Assembly (NCBI GenBank): GCA_934098515.1
Contig: CAKOOK010000004.1
Coordinates: 3,483 to 67,482, forward strand
Source: an uncultured Bacilli bacterium
GTDB lineage: Bacteria > Bacillota_I > Bacilli_A > RF39 > UBA660
Reading direction: 5' to 3'
DNA: 64,000 nt
Both the position numbers and the translations under genes were made by a program. Shown piece after piece: positions 1 through 8,681 of this stretch (within the stretch, counting starts at the first letter, position 1; each line of letters starts with the position of its first letter). The notes under the pieces were generated by a model. That model did not search any database and was not told where the DNA came from. It saw only the letters and a program-made list of their open reading frames with translations.

Positions 1-1
1 T

Positions 2-1870
2 GGCGTTGCCTTTACTAGGGATCCAGCAACAGGAGAAAAACATTTAATGGGTGAATTTTTAATGAATGCTCAAGGAGAGGATGTTGTAGCGGGTGTTAGA
101 ACTCCAGAACCTATTGAACACTTAAAAGAGGTTATGCCTGAAGTTTATGATGAGTTTGTTGGTATTTGTAAGAAGTTAGAAGAACATTATCATGATATGC
201 AAGATATGGAGTTTACTATTGAAGATAAACACTTATATATGCTTCAAACACGTAATGGTAAAAGAACTGCTAAGGCTGCTTTAAAGATTGCTTGTGATTT
301 AGTTGATGAGGGTATGATTACTGATAAGGAAGCAGTTATGATGATTGATCCTCGTAATTTAGATACTTTGTTACATCCTACATTTGATGCTGAGGCACTT
401 AAGGGTGCTGAAGTAATTGGTAAGGGGCTTGCAGCATCACCTGGAGCAGCATCTGGTGAAGTAGTGTTTACTGCAGAAGATGCTAAGACTGCAAAAGCAA
501 ATGGTAAAAAAGTAGTATTAGTAAGACTTGAAACATCTCCTGAAGATATTGAAGGAATGAAAGCAAGTGAAGGCATTTTAACTGTTCGTGGTGGTATGAC
601 TAGTCATGCTGCAGTAGTAGCTCGTGGAATGGGTACTTGCTGCGTTTCTGGATGCCAAGAAATTACTATGGATGAAGAAAATAAAACATTTACTTTAGGT
701 GATAAGACATTTAGAGAATTTGATGAGATTTCTATAGATGGTTCTACTGGTAAGATTTATGCTGGATTAATTCCTAAGGTTGATGCCTCTATTACTGGTG
801 AGTTTGGTAGAATTATGGCTTGGGCTGATAAGTATAGAAGATTAAGAGTAAGAACAAATGCTGATACACCTAGAGATGCTTTAAAGGCTAGAGAACTTGG
901 TGCTGAAGGTATTGGACTATGTAGAACTGAGCATATGTTCTTTGATAAAGATAGAATTGCAGCAATTAGAGAGATGATTTGTTCTGATACTGTTGAGGAA
1001 AGAGAAACTGCTTTAGCAAAAATTGAGCCAATGCAGCAAAAGGACTTTGAAGCTTTATATGAAGCGATGGAAGACTATAGTGTTACTATTAGATATTTAG
1101 ATCCTCCTCTACATGAATTTGTTCCTACAGAGGAAGCTGACATTAAGTTACTTGCTGATTCTCAAGGAAAAACTGTTGAACAAATTAAAGCAATTATTGC
1201 TGGGCTTCATGAGTTTAATCCAATGATGGGACACAGAGGATGCCGCCTTGCTGTAACATTCCCAGAAATTGCTAAGATGCAAACTAGGGCTGTTATTAAG
1301 GCTGCTATTGCAGTATCTAAGAGAAAGAATGTAAAGATTGTTCCAGAGATTATGATTCCACTTGTTGGAGAAGTAAAGGAACTTAAATATGTTAAAAATA
1401 TTGTTTGTCAGACTGCAGATGAAGTTCTTAAGAATGAAAATTTTGAAATGGAATACCATGTTGGTACAATGATTGAAATTCCTAGAGCAGCATTAACTGC
1501 AGATGAAATTGCTAAAGAAGCTGACTTCTTCTCATTTGGTACTAACGACTTAACACAAATGACATTTGGATTCTCAAGAGATGATGCTGGTAAATTCTTA
1601 GGGTCATATTATGATAAGAAAATTTATGAAAATGATCCATTTGCTAAGTTAGATCAAAAGGGTGTAGGTAAGTTAGTTAAGATGGCTGCTACTCTTGGTA
1701 GAGAGGCTAATCCAGATATTCATTTGGGAATATGTGGAGAACATGGTGGAGATCCTTCATCTGTAGAGTTCTGTCATAATGTTGGACTAGATTATGTATC
1801 TTGTTCACCATACAGAGTTCCAATTGCTAGACTAGCAGCAGCACAGGCAGCAATTAAATCTGAAAATTAA
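2..1870 (+). CDS. ppdK: pyruvate, phosphate dikinase, C-terminal ~620 aa (5' end cut by window edge)
   Basis: Frame is open from nt 2 (GVAFTRDPATGEK...). Phosphohistidine swivel motif GGMTSHAAVVARGMG; PEP-utilizer barrel motifs GLCRTEHMF, FSFGTNDLTQ, CGEHGGDP. Confidence 0.95.
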   Translation, partial: GVAFTRDPATGEKHLMGEFLMNAQGEDVVAGVRTPEPIEHLKEVMPEVYDEFVGICKKLEEHYHDMQDMEFTIEDKHLYMLQTRNGKRTAKAALKIACDLVDEGMITDKEAVMMIDPRNLDTLLHPTFDAEALKGAEVIGKGLAASPGAASGEVVFTAEDAKTAKANGKKVVLVRLETSPEDIEGMKASEGILTVRGGMTSHAAVVARGMGTCCVSGCQEITMDEENKTFTLGDKTFREFDEISIDGSTGKIYAGLIPKVDASITGEFGRIMAWADKYRRLRVRTNADTPRDALKARELGAEGIGLCRTEHMFFDKDRIAAIREMICSDTVEERETALAKIEPMQQKDFEALYEAMEDYSVTIRYLDPPLHEFVPTEEADIKLLADSQGKTVEQIKAIIAGLHEFNPMMGHRGCRLAVTFPEIAKMQTRAVIKAAIAVSKRKNVKIVPEIMIPLVGEVKELKYVKNIVCQTADEVLKNENFEMEYHVGTMIEIPRAALTADEIAKEADFFSFGTNDLTQMTFGFSRDDAGKFLGSYYDKKIYENDPFAKLDQKGVGKLVKMAATLGREANPDIHLGICGEHGGDPSSVEFCHNVGLDYVSCSPYRVPIARLAAAQAAIKSEN

Positions 1871-1890
1871 TAATAAATTTAGTTATATTA

Positions 1891-1928
1891 AAAGACTAAG
1901 TAATATTATGTACAACTTAGTCTTTTTT
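1891..1928 (+). terminator. rho-independent terminator after ppdK
   Basis: Hairpin aagactaagt...acttagtctt followed by a T-run. Confidence 0.7.
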
Positions 1929-1982
1929 GTGGTAATTTAACCTGTTTTATAGTATACTATTTATAGTTATAGGGGTGATAAA

Positions 1983-2591
1983 ATGCTTGAAAATAAACTA
2001 AATATTACTAATGAGGTAGAACTAGCAAAAGAAGAAGAAAGAATAACAAAATTAAAAGCATTAGAATTATTTGATACAAATAAGATTAATGAATTTGAAG
2101 TAGGGACAACTAAAGGATTATGTGATATTCATAAATTTTTATTTAATGAAATTTATTCATTTGCAGGTGAAATAAGAGAAGTTAATTTAGCTAAAGGTAA
2201 CTTTAGATTCGCTGCATCAATGTATTTAAAGGATGCACTTTTTAAAATAGATTCTATGCCTGAAGATACATTTGAAAATATAGTAAAAAAATATATTGAA
2301 ATGAATATAGCACATCCTTTTAGAGAAGGCAATGGCAGAAGCACTAGAATATGGCTTGATATGATACTAAAAAATAGAATCGGCAAAGTTATAGATTGGA
2401 GTAAAATAGATAAAGAAGAATATTTACTTGCAATGGAAAGAAGTCCAATTAAAGATACTGAAATAACGATATTATTAAAGAATGCTTTAACTGCTAAAAT
2501 TAGTGATAGAGAAATATATATGAAAGGTATTGATACAAGTTATAAGTATGAAGGATATAATACTTATTCTATGGATGAATTAGATAAGTGA
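1983..2591 (+). CDS. Fic/DOC family protein (AMPylase-type fold)
   Basis: Canonical Fic motif HPFREGNGRSTR (HxFx[D/E]GNGRxxR); RBS aggggtga upstream. Confidence 0.9.
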   Translation: MLENKLNITNEVELAKEEERITKLKALELFDTNKINEFEVGTTKGLCDIHKFLFNEIYSFAGEIREVNLAKGNFRFAASMYLKDALFKIDSMPEDTFENIVKKYIEMNIAHPFREGNGRSTRIWLDMILKNRIGKVIDWSKIDKEEYLLAMERSPIKDTEITILLKNALTAKISDREIYMKGIDTSYKYEGYNTYSMDELDK

Positions 2592-2710
2592 TTTAGTTTT
2601 ATTATTTTGCTGCTAAGCTCGAATGTTTCGCGCAAACTATAATTAGGACAAAAAACTAATAATGAACAATTAGTAAACTTATTAAAAATGAATATAATAT
2701 AAAAATAGTA

Positions 2711-2799
2711 AATGTTAGCCGCTTATGGATGGTGCGGGGTATAAATGATTCCAATCGCGAAATGTTAGTCGCTTCCGAGTGGTGCGAGTTATAAATGAT
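2711..2799. repeat. two 39-nt direct repeat units at 50-bp spacing, each with a small GC hairpin; a loop-deleted third copy lies near 2623..2646
   Basis: aatgttagCCGCttatggatggtGCGGggtataaatgat (2711..2749) versus aatgttagTCGCttccgagtggtGCGAgttataaatgat (2761..2799). The stem changes are compensatory (C-G to U-A). Confidence 0.7.
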
Positions 2800-2852
2800 C
2801 TCGGTTGAAAATGTTTGAAAACTTTATCTTATGATAGAGTTTTTTCTTGAAG

Positions 2853-3557
2853 TTAAATTTTTCTAGAATCAAGAGTTATAGTTTTTTCGACATTATCTTC
2901 AGTAGTTATTTTTAAATATATGTTTGGTAAATTGTTATCTATATTTATTTTACCGTAATTAAATAGTTCACTAACGCTTCTTTTATCCTTCCATGTGAAA
3001 TTAAGAATATTGGTTCCTCCAGATAATATAATTCTTTTATCATTTTGTTCATAATAATAAATTTCTATATTTTTAATTTCTGCGCCATCTGAAAAATTTA
3101 GAACACATGGTTTAAATATAATCTTTTTAGGCGATGTTATAATTAACCCACTATTGCAAACTAATTCATTTGATCTATATTCAAGTTCGTAAATATTGTT
3201 TTTATTAAAAGTATAAAGTGTATAAAAAAGTGAAAATATTATTATTACAAATACTATCAGAATAATTATTATAATTTTAAATTTATTTATTATTTTTTGT
3301 TTATTAAAATTTTCAAAAGCTAAATTAAAATAGTATTTTTTATTTTTTACATTATTATCTTCAAAAAAATAGTCTATATTAACATTATAAAATTTACAAA
3401 TTAAGATTAGTGTCTGGTAATCTGGAATACTTTTACCAGTTTCCCATCTACTTACTGCTTGTCTACTAAGGTATAGATTTCTTGCTAATTCATCTTGGGT
3501 TATATTATTTTTGATTCTAAGTTCTTTAAGTTTAGTACCAATTTCATTCAAACTCAT
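2853..3557 (-). CDS. membrane-anchored XRE-family HTH transcriptional regulator
   Basis: N-terminal HTH_3-like LKELRIKNNITQDELARNLYLSRQAVSRWETGKSIPD, one TM segment (IIIILIVFVIIIFSLFY), extracellular C-terminal domain. Confidence 0.8.
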   Translation of the reverse strand: MSLNEIGTKLKELRIKNNITQDELARNLYLSRQAVSRWETGKSIPDYQTLILICKFYNVNIDYFFEDNNVKNKKYYFNLAFENFNKQKIINKFKIIIIILIVFVIIIFSLFYTLYTFNKNNIYELEYRSNELVCNSGLIITSPKKIIFKPCVLNFSDGAEIKNIEIYYYEQNDKRIILSGGTNILNFTWKDKRSVSELFNYGKINIDNNLPNIYLKITTEDNVEKTITLDSRKI

Positions 3558-3633
3558 ATGTGTATCACCATATTTAATTATACACTAATCTTAAAATAAG
3601 TAACGCAATTTATAATTTACTGCATATTATTAG

Positions 3634-4560
3634 TTAAAAGTCATATGTTTCGTATAGTTCATTATCTATATAATATATGACTTTTTTATGTTCGTAATTA
3701 TTTTTTATAGACAGGTTTATTGTGTATATTACTTTTTCAATTAGATTAGATTCATAAAGGTCATTAAAGAGTTTTTTGTTCATATTTAATGAGATAAAAT
3801 CATTTTCCATTTCATAACTTATTTCTCTTACATCTTTTAAATAACTAATTAGGCTTGTTTCGTAAACGCTTTTACTAGCAAGCTCAGATAAGATGATTTC
3901 TACTTTATCACTTTTATCATTATTTATTAAAGTTACTGGTACATAGTAATAGTAATCTTTATATTTAGATAGATAATAAATAGTTGTTTTTGTAGTACCG
4001 ATAATATCTGTAATATTGTATATTTGATTAATTCCATAGCTTTTATCTATTATTTGAGGTATTTTTTCATTTGAATTGGGTAGTCTATCAAGAAGATTAC
4101 CTTCTACATAAATGGTTATTTTATTAATTCCATCAATGCTTGTATAAGTGTATACTAAGGAACTTATTAATTTTTTTTCATCTTCTTCATTAATAGTTAA
4201 AAGTTTTTTAGAAAAGTTAAGGGTTAATAAGCCATCATCTATTTTAAAGTAGAGGAGTTTAGTACCTTTAGGAATTACAGGTTTAAATCCGTCTGATAGA
4301 TAATCTTTCTTGTTAGAGCCATCTGTTAAATATTCAGTTATTTCTTTGATTTGATTATCTATATTAGTGTTTTTAGTTACTACAGAAACTCTTGATAATA
4401 AATTATTTTGATCTATTAAATAAACGATACTAAAATCAGTATTTTCATTTTGAATATAAGTTTTATCCTCTTTCTTCGTTGGAAATAAATAGACGATTAA
4501 TAAAATAATTAAACTAGATAATATTAAAAAAGTTCTTTTCTTAACCATTTTAATTAGCAT
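3634..4560 (-). CDS. gerM: GerM-like protein (two Germane-type domains), N-terminal membrane anchor
   Basis: Pattern ...VIPKGTKLLYFKIDDGLLTLNFSKKLL... repeated in the C-terminal half. Start chosen at MLIKMVKK, behind the gaggtgg RBS. Confidence 0.6.
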   Translation of the reverse strand: MLIKMVKKRTFLILSSLIILLIVYLFPTKKEDKTYIQNENTDFSIVYLIDQNNLLSRVSVVTKNTNIDNQIKEITEYLTDGSNKKDYLSDGFKPVIPKGTKLLYFKIDDGLLTLNFSKKLLTINEEDEKKLISSLVYTYTSIDGINKITIYVEGNLLDRLPNSNEKIPQIIDKSYGINQIYNITDIIGTTKTTIYYLSKYKDYYYYVPVTLINNDKSDKVEIILSELASKSVYETSLISYLKDVREISYEMENDFISLNMNKKLFNDLYESNLIEKVIYTINLSIKNNYEHKKVIYYIDNELYETYDF

Positions 4561-4587
4561 AATCCACCTCATTTAAATATATTCTTA

Positions 4588-4620
4588 TTAAAAATAAAAA
4601 GTCGTATATTAACGACTTTT
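4588..4620 (-). terminator. hairpin terminator downstream of the GerE-like gene (bidirectional shape)
   Basis: aaaagtcgt-atatta-acgactttt with A/T runs on both sides. Confidence 0.6.
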
Positions 4621-4825
4621 ATAGATTTATTTCTCCTAATTTCAGAAGTTCAATAATAGCACCACTACGCCCCTTAACATTCATTTTTTGCATGACATTT
4701 GATATATGATTTCTTACGGTTTTTTCGCTTATTCCTAGATAAGTACTTATTTCTTTAGTAGATTTATTTAATATAAGGAGTTCAAAAACTTCTCTTTCAC
4801 GTGCTGTTAATATACCTTTAGACAT
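4619..4825 (-). CDS. gerE: LuxR/GerE-family single-domain HTH regulator
   Basis: 68 aa. LTAREREVFELL...STKEISTYLGISEKTVRNHISNVMQKMNV is a typical GerE/LuxR C-terminal HTH. Confidence 0.8.
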   Translation of the reverse strand: MSKGILTAREREVFELLILNKSTKEISTYLGISEKTVRNHISNVMQKMNVKGRSGAIIELLKLGEINL

Positions 4826-4890
4826 ATTTCCCTCTCTTTCAACTTCTCATAATATTTTATGACACAATTAAAGAGAGAGTGATTATTAGA

Positions 4891-5391
4891 TTATTGGTAC
4901 TTAACAGTTATATATTGTTTTTTGTCAAATTCTTTTTGAATTGTTCGCATAATTTGATTAGCTTTTTCATAACTACCATCCTTAGTTGGAATAGTAACGT
5001 TTATTTTATCTCCACTTATTTTTATAAATGATTTTATTTTATATTCTTTTAAAATTAATTCTTCTAAAGAGGTTTCTTTTCCTTTAGTTAAGTTAATTGA
5101 TAATAGTTTTTCATATGCATTATTTTTATCTTCACTAGAGGCTGTTGTATCTAATAATGTTTCTTGTAATTTAGCCATTTCTGCTAAGACTTCTTCGTCA
5201 TTACTTACCCTAAGAGCTGCTAAATTATCTTCATTATTTGTTTTAATTGTTGTTTTTTCACTGGAAGTATCACTTGATTTAATTAAGTTAGATAAACTTT
5301 CACCTGGCATAGATACATAATATACGCTTAAAACTAAAATAATACTAAATAAAGTTAGAAACCATAATTTCTGTTTATTAATCATATTCAA
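4891..5391 (-). CDS. membrane-anchored protein, SpoIIIAH-like (tentative)
   Basis: N-terminal TM segment; low-complexity linker; C-terminal region resembles SpoIIIAH/YscJ-like proteins (LLSINLTKGKE...IKSFIKISGDKINVTI). By eye only. Confidence 0.4.
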   Translation of the reverse strand: MNMINKQKLWFLTLFSIILVLSVYYVSMPGESLSNLIKSSDTSSEKTTIKTNNEDNLAALRVSNDEEVLAEMAKLQETLLDTTASSEDKNNAYEKLLSINLTKGKETSLEELILKEYKIKSFIKISGDKINVTIPTKDGSYEKANQIMRTIQKEFDKKQYITVKYQ

Positions 5392-5499
5392 TTCTCCTTG
5401 CTAGTAAATTATATTTAACTTGTACTAAAATATTCTATAAAATAGTTATAAAAGTTAAATATAGTGCTCTTAAAAATATTCTAAATAACATAATTTTTA

Positions 5500-5528
5500 C
5501 CTCCCTTCATTAGTTATTGTTGTAAGAA
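5500..5528. repeat. left arm of a perfect 29-bp inverted repeat (imperfect extension to ~5550)
   Basis: cctcccttcattagttattgttgtaagaa is the exact reverse complement of 6329..6357. Confidence 0.95.
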
Positions 5529-5551
5529 GAATCTCTATTTCCTTTTTTTTA

Positions 5552-5580
5552 TTGAAATATTTTTATTATTTAGATAAAAT
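5552..5580 (+). promoter_or_regulatory. sigmaA-type promoter inside the IR-bounded segment
   Basis: TTGAAA (5552..5557), 17-nt spacer, TAAAAT (5575..5580). Confidence 0.55.
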
Positions 5581-5599
5581 TATTAGGAGGAGATTAGTT

Positions 5600-6274
5600 A
5601 TGGATAAGTTATGTTATATATTTTTGTACTTTGTGTTTTATTCTATGATCGGATATGTGTGTGAAGTATTTTATGTTTATTTAGGTGATAAGAAATGGGT
5701 TAATAGGGGTTTTTTACATGGACCTTATATTCCTATATATGGAAATGGAGCAATGATTGTTAGTTTAGCTCTTATGCATGTTAAGAAAGATTCTTTTATT
5801 ATATTTTTAGTTGGATTAGTTTTATGCTCACTTTTAGAGTATATTACTAGTTATGCTATGGAAAAGATATTTCATAATAGATGGTGGGATTATTCAGAAA
5901 GAAAATATAATTTAAATGGTAGAGTATGTTTACAAAATTCAGTTTTATTTGGGTTAGGATCAGTAGCCATTATTTATGTATTTAATCCATTATTTAATAA
6001 GTTATATAATGCGTTAGGTGCTAAGGCAATATTGTGTGTGTCTATTATTTTATTTGTTGTAATGTTAATAGATTTTTCTGTAAGTTTTTTTGAAGCTGTT
6101 AAAGTATCTAATATTGCTAGTCATTTGGATAAATTTATGGAGGAATTTGAAAAGAAGAAAGAGTCTACTAAACGTATTAAGATTAGACTTATGGAGGCAT
6201 ACCCATATTTAGTTAAGAGAAATTTTAGTTTTTTAGATAAAGTTAAAAAGTATAAAAAGAAGAGTAAAAATTAG
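5600..6274 (+). CDS. polytopic membrane protein (putative ABC-transporter type IV / CmpB-like family)
   Basis: Start at ATG 5600 behind the aggagg RBS. Motifs GPYIPIYGNGA and ...NRWWDYS...NGRVCL typical of that family; about 5-6 TM segments. Confidence 0.6.
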   Translation: MDKLCYIFLYFVFYSMIGYVCEVFYVYLGDKKWVNRGFLHGPYIPIYGNGAMIVSLALMHVKKDSFIIFLVGLVLCSLLEYITSYAMEKIFHNRWWDYSERKYNLNGRVCLQNSVLFGLGSVAIIYVFNPLFNKLYNALGAKAILCVSIILFVVMLIDFSVSFFEAVKVSNIASHLDKFMEEFEKKKESTKRIKIRLMEAYPYLVKRNFSFLDKVKKYKKKSKN

Positions 6275-6328
6275 TTAAATTAAAAAATAACTAATTTTTT
6301 TTAAAAATAAAAAAGGAAATCGGGGATG

Positions 6329-6357
6329 TTCTTACAACAATAACTAATGAAGGGAGG
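6329..6357. repeat. right arm of the perfect 29-bp inverted repeat; contains the RBS of the exporter gene
   Basis: ttcttacaacaataactaatgaagggagg is the reverse complement of 5500..5528. Confidence 0.95.
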
Positions 6358-6366
6358 AAAAGATGT

Positions 6367-8370
6367 TTGAAAAATATAGTTGTAAGACAAGAGGATGAGG
6401 CTGACTGTGGAGCGTGCTGTTTATTATCTGTAATTAAGCATTATAATGGGTTTATTCCACTGGAATATGTTAAGGTTGATACACTTACTACAAAAGAAGG
6501 TACTACCTTTTATAATTTGAAAGTAGCTGCTGAAAAGTATGGATTTGAAGTTAGCGGGAAGAAAGAATATGATCTTAGTAAGATTAAACTACCTGCTATT
6601 GCTCAAATTAAAATTAATAATTTTTATCATTTTGTAGTAATTGTTAAAATAGACAAAGACACCATTATACTTATGGATCCTGCCATAGGTAAAAATAAGT
6701 TAAAACTATCTAAATTTAGTGAAATGTTTACAGGATATATTTTAGAATTATTCCCAATATCTAACATTGTAAATATAAAAGTGCAATCACTGTTTTTAAA
6801 ATTATTAAAAAATGTAATCCTTCAAAATAAATGTTTATTTATAAAAATATTTGTTTTAACTTTGGTAATATGTTTATTGCTTATAGTAAGTACACTTTTA
6901 GTTAATAGTATATTTTCGCTTTCATCGTTTAATTTAATAATTTTAATAATACTTATTTTAAGTAAAATAGTTATTAATTATTTAAAAAATGTTTATGTCT
7001 TTAAATTAAATAAAAGTTTAAATGAAAGTTTGTCTACTGATTATATTAGAAAAATATTTTTCTTACCCTTTAAATATTTGTGTTTAAGAAAGGAAGGAGA
7101 TTTAGTAAGCAGATTTGATGATATAAATGTCATTAAGGAAAACATATCGGTAACAATAGTAGAGTCTTTAGTAAACTTTCTAATTATTTTAAGTACATCT
7201 ATTATGCTATATATTTTAAATAAAAGAATATTTATGATAGTAATTATAATAACACTATTTGTATTATTAATAGTTTATTTTCATAATAAAAAGATATATC
7301 AAGATTTAGAAAGAACTATAGATAGTAATACTTCATTAACTGATACAGTAATAAGTTTTATATCTAATATATGGACGGTTAAAATAATTACTGATATAAA
7401 ATATTGTTTTAATAAGATAAAAGATATCATTATTGATAATAGTAATCAAAATTATTCTTTAAATAAAAAAATCGCATTAAATGAATTATTTATTAGTTCT
7501 TATACAGAGTTAGTTTTGATATTAATTATTGTTTTTAATGTTTATTTAAAATTAAATATGGGATCTTTATTATCATTTATTTTTATTAATAATTATTTTA
7601 TATCTGGTGTTAGTTACTTTTGTACTATGATGCCAAATATTATGTTTTTTAAAAGTGCTTACATGAGAATTAATAGTATTTATTATTTAGAAGATGAAAA
7701 TTATAAAGGTGAGTCTTTTATAAATGGCAATATATTAATTAAAAATTTAACGTATAGTATAGGACTTAATAATGTATTTAATAATTTTTCTTTAAATATA
7801 AATATGGGAGATAATATTTTAATTAAAGGGTCTAATGGGAGTGGAAAGTCATCTTTATTAAATATGTTTTATGGAATAATAGATGATTATGAAGGCTCTA
7901 TAAGTGTAGGTGGTATACCTATAAAAGATTTTAGTTTAAAGTCTCTTAGAAGTCATATTTCTTATGTTAATCAGAACCAGAAATTGATTCCAGGAACACT
8001 ATTGGAGAATATTATTTTAGGTGGTAAATTAGAGGAGGACAAACTTAAAATAATTGAAAAGATGCTTAATTTAGATAGAATATATCAAACTAAGTATAAT
8101 GGACTTAATTCAGTCATAAGGGATAATTTTAGTGGAGGTGAAGTTCAAAAAATTATACTTGCTAGAGCTTTATATAAAGATTTTGATATTCTCCTTTTAG
8201 ATGAAGCATTATCTCAAATAGATATTTCTGAAAGACGAAAGATTCTTCAAAATATTTGCGAGTATTATAAGACGAAAACTATTATAATGGTAAGTCATAA
8301 TAAAGAATATTATAAGTTTGATAAAATTATTTTCTTAAACAATAGAAAGGAGAAGGTTTATGTTAAGTAA
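6367..8370 (+). CDS. bacteriocin-processing ABC exporter with N-terminal C39 peptidase domain (SunT/LagD/ComA type)
   Basis: C39 catalytic context QEDEADCGACCL, YHFVVI, MDPA; six-TM domain; Walker A GSNGSGKSS; signature FSGGEVQK; Walker B ILLLDEA. TTG start. Confidence 0.9.
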   Translation: MKNIVVRQEDEADCGACCLLSVIKHYNGFIPLEYVKVDTLTTKEGTTFYNLKVAAEKYGFEVSGKKEYDLSKIKLPAIAQIKINNFYHFVVIVKIDKDTIILMDPAIGKNKLKLSKFSEMFTGYILELFPISNIVNIKVQSLFLKLLKNVILQNKCLFIKIFVLTLVICLLLIVSTLLVNSIFSLSSFNLIILIILILSKIVINYLKNVYVFKLNKSLNESLSTDYIRKIFFLPFKYLCLRKEGDLVSRFDDINVIKENISVTIVESLVNFLIILSTSIMLYILNKRIFMIVIIITLFVLLIVYFHNKKIYQDLERTIDSNTSLTDTVISFISNIWTVKIITDIKYCFNKIKDIIIDNSNQNYSLNKKIALNELFISSYTELVLILIIVFNVYLKLNMGSLLSFIFINNYFISGVSYFCTMMPNIMFFKSAYMRINSIYYLEDENYKGESFINGNILIKNLTYSIGLNNVFNNFSLNINMGDNILIKGSNGSGKSSLLNMFYGIIDDYEGSISVGGIPIKDFSLKSLRSHISYVNQNQKLIPGTLLENIILGGKLEEDKLKIIEKMLNLDRIYQTKYNGLNSVIRDNFSGGEVQKIILARALYKDFDILLLDEALSQIDISERRKILQNICEYYKTKTIIMVSHNKEYYKFDKIIFLNNRKEKVYVK

Positions 8371-8491
8371 TCAAGAATTAGCTTTGGTTAGTGGTGGCGC
8401 TATTAAGTGGACTATTGGCATTGTACTAGGAGCTATTGGAGCATTTTTAGCTGGTGTACTAGATGGTTATTTAAGGCCTAAATGTAATTAA
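8360..8491 (+). CDS. double-glycine-leader peptide 1 (43 aa; predicted 30-aa mature bacteriocin-like peptide)
   Basis: Own translation: MLSNQELALVSGG|AIKWTIGIVLGAIGAFLAGVLDGYLRPKCN. RBS aaggag; ATG overlaps the exporter stop. Not in the supplied ORF track. Confidence 0.75.
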   Translation: MLSNQELALVSGGAIKWTIGIVLGAIGAFLAGVLDGYLRPKCN

Positions 8492-8637
8492 TGAAAGATG
8501 AAGAATTAGTACTTATTAAAGGTGGAATAACTACAACACTTTTAAACTCTGTAGCTAGAATTATCTCAGTTATTTTTAATATTGGTAAGTCTATCGGAAC
8601 ATCTATAAGAATGATCAGATCTAAGACAAGTTGTTAG
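8491..8637 (+). CDS. double-glycine-leader peptide 2 (48 aa; predicted 36-aa cationic mature peptide)
   Basis: Own translation: MKDEELVLIKGG|ITTTLLNSVARIISVIFNIGKSIGTSIRMIRSKTSC. TAATG stop-start overlap with peptide 1. Not in the supplied ORF track. Confidence 0.7.
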   Translation: MKDEELVLIKGGITTTLLNSVARIISVIFNIGKSIGTSIRMIRSKTSC

Positions 8638-8681
8638 TTACAAACTGATATAATTTTGTTATAATTATATTGGGTGCTGTA

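Noticed and set aside
244-2386. Antisense ORFs inside ppdK and the first Fic gene (244..576 -, 1148..1459 -, 2153..2386 -)
   Set aside because: They are embedded antisense to strongly supported genes, have low-complexity translations, and lack an RBS.
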